Both the position numbers and the translations under genes were made by a program. Positions 13,601-25,000 of a stretch of 64,000 bases of DNA are shown piece by piece; position 1 is the stretch's first letter; every line of letters begins with the position of its first letter. Origin of the DNA: Ascidiella aspersa (taxonomy: Eukaryota); the NCBI GenBank assembly GCA_963924565.1, contig OZ004614.1:7440001-7504000 (forward strand), given 5' to 3'. Below the pieces are notes generated by a model that was given only the letters and a program-made list of their open reading frames with translations, was not told the DNA's origin and ran no database searches.

Positions 13601-16000
13601 ACTTTAGGAGAGAAGCCAGCTTTGGCTTGTCAAGTTTTGAAGCAGCCAAGAGAGCAAAGGAGGCGCTGAGAACACTGTTTTCATTCTTCACTGCACTAAG
13701 AAGGGCTCCAATCACCTCATCATTGTCAACTGCAAGTAGAGAGTTTCAGGTAAAAGATATGTGATATGACTGCTCTACTTATTTTCATTTAATGCCTGTT
13801 GAGGAATAAATAGAAAAGTGAAATTCTAAATAATCTAAACAGTTAGTGGAGGACAAAAAATGCTGAATGAGTACGTACAAGTCAGAGGTCCAAAAGACAG
13901 GGATACACACTTGATAATTTGTAAATAAAATAAGTTCAAAATAAAATTTTGAAATTTTAAACAAAACCACATTACCTGGTTTTCCAAGACATCTTAGGGC
14001 AGACACGGCATAGTAGATGGTCTTTGTATCGGATCCCTCATTTATTTTGCTCTTGGCAAAGTCAACAGCTTCTTTGGGTAACTGAAACTGCAATGTAAAA
14101 ATCCAACTTTATTATATTTGCTGAAAAATTCAACAATCAATGTAGAGCATTAAATAAATATATTAAATATACAAAAGCTGCTGAACAATACAAATTAAAA
14201 AAAACATTGTGTTAATGTATAAAAACAATAGGTATTTATTTCTTTAGATACCACTTACCTTGCAAGAAGTGCCAAGTTTGGAAAGGGTTGAAGCTGCAAA
14301 GAAAATTGATGACAGTGATTTGGCATCAACTTCCTTGACCAACTTGCAAGCAGACTGTAAGGAAAAAAACAAATAAACATTACTTGGATTAAAATAAAAT
14401 TTTTTAAAAGTGTACTACAAATTGAATGTGTTCTACATTTACATACACTAATTGTTAATAATGTTTTACAACCATATGACATAAATATTATAAATATATA
14501 GCTAGATATTAGTACAAATAGCAAAGGTTAAACTAACGCAATAAATTATGATACACTTCTGCAATCTAGAAGATGCATAATTAGTCCCTAAGTCCTAACT
14601 AAGTGACATGATGAGTCTAACGACAATCATTTCAAGACACTTTCTCAGAGGTCTGCAGTGCCAAATTAGCAGGTGGGCAGTGCAGGTTTAATGCACACCA
14701 AGGTTTGGAATTCTACAACAACTAAACCTTCTATTGAAATTGATATGTACAATCAGTAATTCAGGCATGCACACATTCCTTTTAACAAAATCTTGGTTGT
14801 GCACCTGCCACAGAATGCAGACTACTAGACACAAGCATGGCACTACAACGGAGAAACGGCTAACTACCCTTATCCTTACCTGCTGTTCGGCTTGGCCAAT
14901 TGCACCACCCTGTGTGTAGGCTTTCAGAGAAGTAATTCCATAATATGCCGACTCAAGATCTTGAAAAGGAGCCTTGAAAATAAACACAATAGAATAAAGC
15001 TTAGGCCATTCACAAAAACTTACAGGGTATGAATTAATAGATGCCAGTAGTAATTATTTTGTCCTATTAATATGCTATTTTTTGGATAACAAATTACCTT
15101 AAAGTGTTCTAAAAGCTTTTTTCCCTCAGTTGGCGTCAAAACTGAACTTAATTGTGCTGAGAAGGAGGCACCAATAAGACAGACACAAACAACAATCCCT
15201 GCAATGAAATCACTTGGTTAGAAAATTAAAGTAGGTACAAAGTTGAAAGTGAAATTAGAATTAACAGTTTTTCCATACAACAGAGGTGTCCAACATTTAA
15301 TAACTTAAATAATGTTGGTGAGATTCTAGACCAGCGGCAGGACTGTTTAGACAGTTTAGACAGTGCAACAAGTTGTCGAAATTAAAATTGCAAAAAAAAA
15401 ATAAATATGGGAGAATAAATACAATAATACTGGACCCACTCAAAACGCTAACCCACACCCTAACCAAAATAAAGTTAGCAATATAAACCTCAAAACAATG
15501 TTAGCAATATAAATTTGGTAAGATTTTAGACCAATGACTAACGTTTTCCTAAATTGGTTTATTTTCATCACTTGAAAATGTAAAAATTTACGCTGGCGCC
15601 TATCATGGCACTCTATAGTTTGTATTTATGAAATGCTACTAAAAGGGTAATACTAGTTTACGGAATAATGAATGGTCGGAATGATCGGAACGCTCACTAA
15701 TTTAAGTGTTACCCCGTTAAAACAATTATTAAACCAACGCACAACATTTGAGTTAGGGTGGGGGTTAGCGTTCGGGTGTGGGTGCGTCAAGTGGTATTAT
15801 ATTTAATAATAATACTGTGTTCGTTCCGACCATTTATCATTCCGTAAATTAGTGTTACCCTACTAAAACGTCTATCACTTTAATTTTTGAACGAACACTG
15901 TATATTAGGCATGCATACACAATAAATTTATTTGATTATAGCTAATATGGAAATCGCTTATATGCACGAAATATTAAAAATACTTACCTAATAACTTCAT
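7679..16000 (-). CDS. RPN2: Dolichyl-diphosphooligosaccharide--protein glycosyltransferase subunit 2 (ribophorin II), complete, 15 coding exons, 633 aa
   Basis: Phase-consistent GT-AG exons: 15988-16000, 15098-15198, 14880-14972, 14259-14354, 13976-14087, 13587-13729, 13198-13332, 12401-12580, 11814-12004, 11182-11316, 10654-10765, 9928-10125, 8734-8916, 8389-8464, 7679-7812 (1902 nt). N-terminal signal peptide MKLLGIVVCVCLIGASFS. Ribophorin II motifs DLESAYY, AQADEVDERYLHFE, PHQVFVRF..E..QEVIFVAEPD, SLIVGDAAISNPVFW, YAPKPEIRHVFRLPEERPP. Three C-terminal hydrophobic segments ending FWLKLDMFTTIQYL..GAVTFVFGNSVLS. Confidence 0.97.
15645..15860. mobile_element. GG-terminal MITE (Merlin-like) in RPN2 intron 1
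   Basis: TIR GGGTAATACTAGTTTACGGAAT / ATTCCGTAAATTAGTGTTACCC; 8-bp TSD TACTAAAA; internal GTTAGGG..GGGTGTGGGTG core. Confidence 0.75.
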
Positions 16001-16187
16001 GTTTTTTTCTTCGTGTTGAAAACAATGTTTTTGAGTTATCCAGAATTAAACACGTAAGGACTTTACTCGCAGTTTCTCAACGTGTGCAAACGAGTTCGCT
16101 GGAGCGAAATTTTACCGGCGCGCTGGAATAATTTCTGTGTTTTTTTTTGTGTAAGGGTCGTGCAAAAAGTTTAATTATACTATATAC

Positions 16188-16719
16188 CAGTGTTGTAAGC
16201 AAGTCATTTTGAAATAACTTAAGTCCCAGTCAAGTCATTCGTAAAATAACTTAAGTCCAAGTCAAGTCTTTTTGAATAAATAACAAGTCAAGTCCCAGTC
16301 CAAGTCATCGGTTGCCCAAGTCAAGTCCCAGTCAAGTCACAATTAGAGCAAGTCAACTTCAAGTCCAGCCCTTGTCAAAAAAATAAAACTTTAAATTATG
16401 AAAACCGGCAAACTCCTCCGATTATTATGAGCAACTCAAGTAAAAAATAACATAAAAGCAGCATATTACAAGCAAATTTTTTTATGTGCAAAGATTGGGA
16501 TAAATAACGCAATTTTATAAATAGCCTAATTGCTTAATTAAAACAATTTATTTTAACCCAAGTCATTTGTCCAAATGACTTAAGTCAAGTCAAGTCATTT
16601 GCCCAAAAGACTCAAGTCAAGTCATTTTGCCCAAAAGACTTAAGTCAAGTCAAGTCATTTAAAAACAGTGACTTAAGTGCACTTAGGTCAAGTCATTGAC
16701 TTTAGTCATTACAACACTG
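16188..16719. mobile_element. hAT-type MITE, family A (TIR CAGTGTTGTAA, internal AAGTC/GACTT repeats), full length
   Basis: Perfect 11-bp TIRs and perfect 8-bp TSD CTATATAC; many subterminal CAAGT repeats. Confidence 0.9.
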
Positions 16720-19005
16720 CTATATACAATACAACATAAGTCATTTAAATAATAAATCTTTTAGAAGTCATTTAACTAATAACTCCTTTTAGAAATATCG
16801 GTATCAATATTGCGTTTTATAATCATTAACACAAGACTACCAATTTAATTTTTGGGGTATTAATTTTCCCGGAACACCGTTTGGTAGTGTTCCCGTATTA
16901 CAGAAGTTTACAATACTATGCTAGTTTACCTGTAATATTTAAAACAGATAAAAATAGAATCCAAAAAACGTATCCGCCATAACGTATCCCATATTTCAAA
17001 TAACGTTTGCATTTAAAAGTCCCATAAAGAAAAAATTTCCTAATCCTGTATAGGCCTATCTCTAAAACTATATGACCTGGTACAGTTATTATCGCGTAGA
17101 CCGTAGAGCGTAATGCTCATGAATAACTTTGCTTTTTTACACTAAGCCGTGATGCATTGTCGAACAGCACGTTTTTAAGCCACACAAGTTTTGTTTAGAC
17201 GTTTCTTTCCTTGAGAGTAGTAGCCTACTTTATAAAGTACAGTTATATTTTCCTCATTTTTTAGGGAAAAACACAATTAAAAAAATAATTACGCGCAGTT
17301 GAACAACAATGCGTGTGAAACAAACTAATTCAAGTTGATAGCCCTGACTCCAATCGCTGGGTGGCGGCAAAGGTTAGCGTGAATGCCATCCTGCAATTTT
17401 TGCTTACAGCTCTAAATCCTGAAAAATAACTTTGCTGAGGTAAACTAACTCGAAAATCAAAACAAATATATTTAATAATCTGTGCGCGAGTTTATTCTTT
17501 AATGAAGAATATACAAATAGGACGTTATAGCAAAACCGAAATAAAAGAAATATCGAGAAAGGACAGTAAAACGTAGAACCAATTCACAAAAAATATCGTT
17601 TGCATTCAAACACACGCCATTCGGACTTTCTGCAGTACAAAGAACAGTGCAAACCATTGTAGGCAGCAAATTTGCTCAGAAAAGACTTAAACGTAGGACT
17701 AAAAAACGCAAAACAATTGTGGCGTTTTGGGGACAGGCCTCTTACTTAAAAATAACAACGAAATCGCACGTTAAAAATAAAAACTCACAGCGAAAGGAAC
17801 TGTTTTAGATTGATCTGTTTACTTTTCGGTTAAGTATTGCGCAAAGCGAAAAATTGAAACAAAATATCAAACGGCAACACCGAAAAAATTACGGACAAAA
17901 ACACAAAAATCGATTCGGAAAAAATTGTGATAAAATACAGTAGAAAGAGGAATAGAGTTCAGTTTTTGCGAGTGCGACGTTACACATTTTGCTGAACAAC
18001 CGAAAATCATAATACATAAAAAAAAATAAGGTGAAACTGTTGCGGATAAAAAATAGCTCAAAATTTCAAAGAAGTGTGTAAACAGTTTTGTACCCGCATG
18101 TAAACTGCAGTTGCTAAATCGTTTCGCCAAATTGAACTTTTATCGACCAAAAGTGCTTAAATAGTAAAATTTCCAAAAGGTTTAGGTCTTACAGCAACAA
18201 CCTGCTAGTTTCCGCAATTGGTCAACATATAGCGACTGAATAATTATAAACATCCGATGATTTTCTTACGAAGTACACGTTCCTGACATTTATCAACAGT
18301 TTATAGGTTTTGAAGGGGCCGGATGGCAAGAAAAACAAACTTTTTATTGCGCTGTCATCAGGCGGTGTAAAAACAAACAGAAAGCAGTGCAACTCTTAAA
18401 AAATTGAAACTGTCGTTGTCTAATTATCTAGTCTTTAACAAAGTTCGGCAGTTGACGGCAAAAACGTTTGTTGTAAGATTGCCGTTCGCGGTTGACGAAT
18501 TGGGTCTGCGTATGAGAAATGAAATGATGTCTATTGTATGAAATTGCCTAATAGAAAAATGAATTTTGGCGTGGAACGCTTAAGTTAGCATAATAATTAC
18601 GCAAGCATGGTCCTTTTAAAATTACTATCCATGATTTTAGGCAGCACTTTTTGGAGCTACGGAAAGGTCTCGCTTTATAAAGCGTACATCCAGTTTCTGC
18701 AAAACGACCGGAGTGAGTGCCCAAAAGTGCCGACTTAGTAAACCACCAAATTGGGTGCGACGGTAATCACTTTAACATACGACTCGGAAAGGAGTTTGTG
18801 ATTTAAATTCCAATGTATTGAACTTCCAAGTTATTGACTATATAGCGGGGATTGTTCGCACAAGTGTCATTCAAAGGACTCTTTCCCAATAGGCCTTGCC
18901 AGTACGTGTCACATTTTCTCTTATTAAAGCCAAAAAACAAAAGACTTACAGCATTTTTGCAAAGTCGACAAAAATCGCCTATGAGTGGTTATAAAAAAAA
19001 ACACT

Positions 19006-22000
19006 TCATAGCCCTGCCACCAACCGCTGGGTGGCGGAAAAGGGTAGAGCAAAGGGGTCGCCGCAATCGGGGCTCGGGGTGGCCTGGACGCGTGACGTCA
19101 GCGTTTCGTCACCGCATATTGACGTGTCGGAGGGCGCGAACGACTTCGGACTGACCTCGCCGCTTTCGGTGAAACTGAAAGGAAAAAGAGACGCATGAAA
19201 AAAAAAAGCAACGTCTGGAATGAAAGGCGCTGTCAAAATAATAACAATATTAAATCCACATAATTAGAAGACTTGAGAAAACTGTAATTATCCTTGTTTT
19301 GACAAACTGGGAAGTGAAGGAATAGGTGAGGTGCCCTCGTTTATTCATTAAAATATTTTACAATTGAGATAAAAACGTAAAGACTTATTACACACGAAAA
19401 AAGTCGGCAGTCAAAGGTAAATTAAGGCAAGGTTTTATTTCAAACATTAAAAAAACAGTAAATGTAAGATAGTGGCGGAACTATAGGCTCTACTTTATTT
19501 CTGTGTTAGCTACTACAACGTTTTGGTCCACGTCACATTTTTTCGTATTATTTCAAGGCTTGTTTTCGCTTACTGAATCATGTTGCGTCCCCTTGAAAAT
19601 TTTCGGGAATTAAATGTTTACACGGGGTCGTTAACATGTGGCTGTACGTTTACTGAACATTTACTGTTTTCTCGTGTTTTAGAATTACCACGAGTTTACG
19701 GCCCTGGCATTAACTGACTTAAGAAGGTTTTGCAAAGCGGCCCCTTAACGGACTGTCTATCGATCAGAAAGGCAACGCCATGGCCCTTTAACATCGCAGA
19801 TCAAAACCAGTAGGATCATTGCTAGTTCAAAAAAGTTTTAGGCTCTATATCAGTGATTCCCAAACTTTTTTTCTCACGTACCATTTTAAGCTTGTGTACA
19901 GTGTTCATGTACCACCTAGCCAAGTTACATCTGACTGGAACCAAACTATAACTATTTTAGCATATATATAGGAAAATGAGCATGTAGCTGTATTAAAGTT
20001 TAGCAAGTGTCATTCCAAGAAGACATAAAAGCCATAAATTAAGCAAAACCCAACCAATAGTTTTAATGCGATCGATGTAGATGACTGTACTTTCGTTTTA
20101 GACATGTTCCTTTAGTTCTCGCACTGACCCTCTATTTTAAAAGAAATTACAGTAGTTCAATATGATTGAAATATCATTATACATACGGCATACTACACTG
20201 CTGCTATTAGTTCATTACTACAAACCAGCTAGCAATTAACGTTTTATTATGTGGAACCAGTTAAGTGTTACGTCATAAACGTGCAAAACCTCAAATTAAA
20301 GGTAACTGAAACACAACATTGCTAATTACCCAATCTGAAAGTTTTCGCAAATTTATACGTATGCCTTGAAAAGTTTTCGCAAAATTTATACGTAGTCGCG
20401 TACCACCTAAAAGACTCTCGCGTACCACCGGTGGTACGCGTACCACAGTTTGGGAACCACTGCTCTATATGTTCTGCCTCAGTATATAAGAACAAGTTTA
20501 GCTGAAAATTAAAAACCTAATCCACAACTTTAAAACCAATTTAGAAATATTTTATAATTTAGATTAAGAGCAGTATAATGAGTTGTTCAAAAAAAAAAAC
20601 TGAATATATGGATTACAATATAGGTGAATGGAGCCAAATTAGACAATATAATTATTTTGTTGGAGACTAAATAAACAAACAAATGGCTGAAATTCTAATA
20701 ACTTCAGACAATCGAATTAATACACGCAAAATTAAATTTCAATCCCAAGTCAAATTTATCAAATTTAAAGCCAAACTTTCAAGTTCCTTTGTCCCAATGA
20801 CTGCAGTCAACGTTTCTTTCGTGAAAATGAAAAACTCAGTGCTTAAGGGGCAAATCAAAGCGAAGCAGACTTTCAATCAACAGACGACCCTTTTGTGGGG
20901 AGGGGGAGAAAAACAGGTAGCAAGTCGCAGTTCAAGGCTAAACGAAATTAAGTGCACCTGGCGGGTCGCTACTGCCGCCGCAAAGCAATTTGCGGGCGAC
21001 GCAAAATTGGGAACTCGAAAGCAGCAACAACAACGGCAACAGAATTAACGCCGGCTGTCGTTTTGCTGGCAAAGCTCGTTTAGCAGACGGTTGCTGTACG
21101 GACAGGATGCACTTGGCCCGTTTACAAAACCACTTACAAACAGACTTGGACAGCTAAATAATTCTAGTTTTCTAATTCATTGAATTATAGCAAAATGCGA
21201 CTGATTCTAGTTCTAATCTAATTTGTGAATTGCCTGTGTGCTCTTATTCTAGTTCTAATCTAACTCGGATGTGTCAAAAAGTTCTAGTTTGTCCAAAGGC
21301 ATTTTAGTCTTTCAGTTAACAAACACAGAATTTCAATTAAAACTCTTTGGTTAGACCGACTTACGTAAATATTACAGTCTAAAAAGCATAAAACAGCATA
21401 AAATTAGCAAAGACATATAGCATAGTTAACTTACGCGTTCTTATAAGAATAATTTGCGATTAAATTAAATTGAATGTAAATAATTAAATGTTATTCTAGT
21501 TCAAATTCTAGTTGAAATTTGTTTTTTTAAGAATTCGGTAATTCTACTCTAATTTGAGAAAACTCAAAACGATCTAATTCTAATCTAATTTTAAAAAGCT
21601 AAAATAAATCTAGTTGTCTAAGTCTGCTTACAAAAGCCACGGAATGGCACTGAACGCGGTTGGAAAAGATACCGCTTTTTGAGCCGCCGCCGCAAAGTTT
21701 TCGTCAGTAATTGAGCGACTTTCTCCCTGTCGAAGTTAAGTCAACTTTTGAGGCGTGGTAGTTACTTTAAGTATACGTTTTTAATTGAGCTCAACGCTCA
21801 GGTATGCAGTGAGTTAATTTTTTCAGCTAGTGGCACACCAATATCAAATATTTACGGCACACCATTGTCCTTCACTATTGCAACCATACAATACAGTTCT
21901 ATACTGTTGCATTGCGCAACTGTCTTACTGCACGCCAAACAATAGCTATTATGCTTTATTAGTAAAAGTTATTTTTTCCAAAGTGTGCACTTACACACAT

Positions 22001-25000
22001 ACTTGCTAAATTTCTAATGCACAAATGTATTTTATCGTATTGCAAATGATTTTCTTTTCATTTGGTATAGTGTGGATTAACATTTTACTCGTTAACAAAT
22101 TATTTAATTTGTCACGCCCCTATGGCCAATTGACATTAATATTGGTAAAGCTTGGATAGAGTGTTGACCAAAGGATGCGGAACAAATATTTACCCTAAAA
22201 TTGCGCAAATAACCTTGATAAGAACTGTAATACCAGATAAGAAAAGTAATACATCCCTGTGTCATATATAATTCTTCTTATTAGGCAATTTATAAATTAA
22301 ACCTCGTTTTTACTCACATTGTACGTTTTTAAACGGACATGATAGTAAAAAATGGTCACTTTCAAAGCAAGTGTCTTTTTTCACAAAGTGCAAGGAAAAT
22401 GTCACATTCAGTTGTTGCTACAGTAAAATGCTACTGCGCAAATTGGTATTAGGGAGCAGTAAATACTTCTGCGTAAAATGGGTATAAGTAAATGCTTTTA
22501 CGCAAAATGGCTTGCTGTTGCAGCGCACGGACCTTAGAGAGGCCATCACGCCATTCAATGATTAACGCATAGCGCTATTAAGCATATAGCGGCAAGCGCC
22601 TGAATGCAAATTGGTTAAACGCTAAGCTTACCTTTCGGATATCCGGCTGTCTGACTTATCCAGGTCGCCACCGGTCGACGTCATCCTGCATTTTTCCTTT
22701 TTCGCTTCAAGGAAGGCGATCAAGCGTAACCTGCAAAGACAATGGCGGGAATTTGAATGATGCTTTTTAAGCAGCGGTTGAGTGGCGACGATGTAATGCA
22801 GTGGTTCTTAAACTTTATTCCGCGGCATACCAGTCTGCCCAGAGCGTGTTCTTAAACCGGTGGGCCACAGGAACATTTGGAAATTGTTAAGTCTGAGAAG
22901 CTTTTAGTTTATTTGCTTAATGATTTTACAGTACATTCTCAAGCTTCGCATTAACAGTGGCGTTATTGGTGGGTTATAATAAAATGTCCTTCTTCTCACA
23001 TTTTGAAGTTATTATTGATTTCTTACACATTTTAGTGGATTAAAACCGATTTAGGCAGAAATCTGAGAAGTAAGCCACGGAATATTTTCAAAACAAAAGT
23101 GGGTCACGACCATAAAAAGGTTAAGAACCCCTGGTCTAGAAGGACCTTTAAGTGTGCCGCTGAACTTTTGTAACTTGTAAAATTGTCATTTCATATTACA
23201 ACTGGAAATACAGTCAAGTAGGTATGTTCGAGACTTTAATGCATGCTATTCATACTCTGATCATAAAAAGATATTTACACACTGCCTTACCACAGTTTGG
23301 GTGAAGCAGCTTTGTTTGCAAAATTATGCCGCGCCTTATTAAAAAAAAGAAAATGATCGCCGATGCAAGGTATGTACAAAAAGTGACTTTTACAAGTACA
23401 AAGGTGGGGTTTTCAAATGTTTACATTTTTTTTTAAAAAGAAGGGAACGTTTTAGGTTCCTGGTTTATGGGGTTGCAAAAAATTCTGTCGTGAATTTTAA
23501 CGCCATCATATAGAGAGAGTTGCATTTCAGACGTATGGGCACCATAAATGAGTCGCTTCGTAATGCAATACGTCGGTATTATTAATCACTTGACAACATC
23601 AACATTAATTATTAAACGAGCAATTGAATGCAGCATTCATTTTTAAATTTTAGATGGACTGCATTTTGTATTGGCACACTCGCACGTTTTCGCTTTTCAT
23701 TAATTGTGTTATCGTTTTACCCGTTTGGCTGACATATCACCTTTTTTGCGTGTAAAATTTCAAGGAACTTTGTTGAGAGCATTTGAGTCATGTTTACTTG
23801 TCCAAACGGTTACTTGAAGTTTCTGTTCTTTGTAAATAGCCGTATCTGTCTAATTGTAAATATGGTAATAAGGTGGCACTATACAAAGACAAATTGTATC
23901 GAATTATCGACAACTTTTTTTTTACCGTAAAACAGCCCGCATAGATGCGCTATCGAAAGAATCCGTTTGTTTACGTATATTGTAAATAGTGTTGTTTAAC
24001 GCAAAACGAGGAATCTGCGTTGAAAGCTGTCGCGAACAATTTGCCCAGTCAAAAAAAATGAGCGGATTTTTTATTTTCGGCTCAAAGATTTGCCGCCATA
24101 CTTTTTCTAAAAAAACGTTGACCTCACAAAAGTCGGCATAATGGCGCGATCGGCAAAACCGTTTATGTCGATAAGCGTCGCAAGTCGGTAATAGTAGGGC
24201 CAGTTTACAAGGCCATTAGAGAAAAGCGCCGGGTCCGTTTTTTTTTAACATATTCTTTAGTGTATAGTGTTTTAATTCAGGAAACTAAAAATTGCCAAAG
24301 GGGGCCTATTGCCAAACTGGCATACTCTTAACACTAGCAGTGCTTCTGGTATGCAAACATAAGCGAAAAGTGATTTATCTCTAATCACCTTAATACATAT
24401 AATTAATTATAGCCGAACAATTTATAGCATCTATATCTCTACCTAAAATTGAAAATGATTGGTAAAAAGTAACCTCCTACCTGCCCAACACTTACTATAG
24501 TGTACATTACGATATTTCAGAAAGGGTCACGCGTGTATATTTACCAATGCTTTCGGTTGTAAAACCTTATCACTTTCTAATAATTAAAAGCAGCTTTTCT
24601 GGTATCTGCAACTGTTAACCAATTTTTGGGCGACCTATTTAAATCTCCCTTGGGATGGTGAATGACACCCAATGCTCGTAGAATATAAATGGAAAAACAT
24701 AAAAGATAAAGTGCGAGCAAAAACACGATAAAAAACAACCTACAGCCTCTAGTCTGTAAGCAAGTGATTATCATGGTTTTACCCCTCTTATGAACTAATA
24801 ATTTTTTAATCAACATTGCGGTCGCAAAATCGGCCGGCCTGGTTTTCGAACCGCTGGGGTGGTCTACAAAAGGAGCCGGCCGCTTCCAAAACCGGCTCGA
24901 AAACCGCGAAGGGCATTAAGACGGGCGATTACGGCGAATTTGATCGACCCGCGAACTTCGACCGCAAAAACGCTTCGGAAATGGGCAAAAGTGACGCAAA

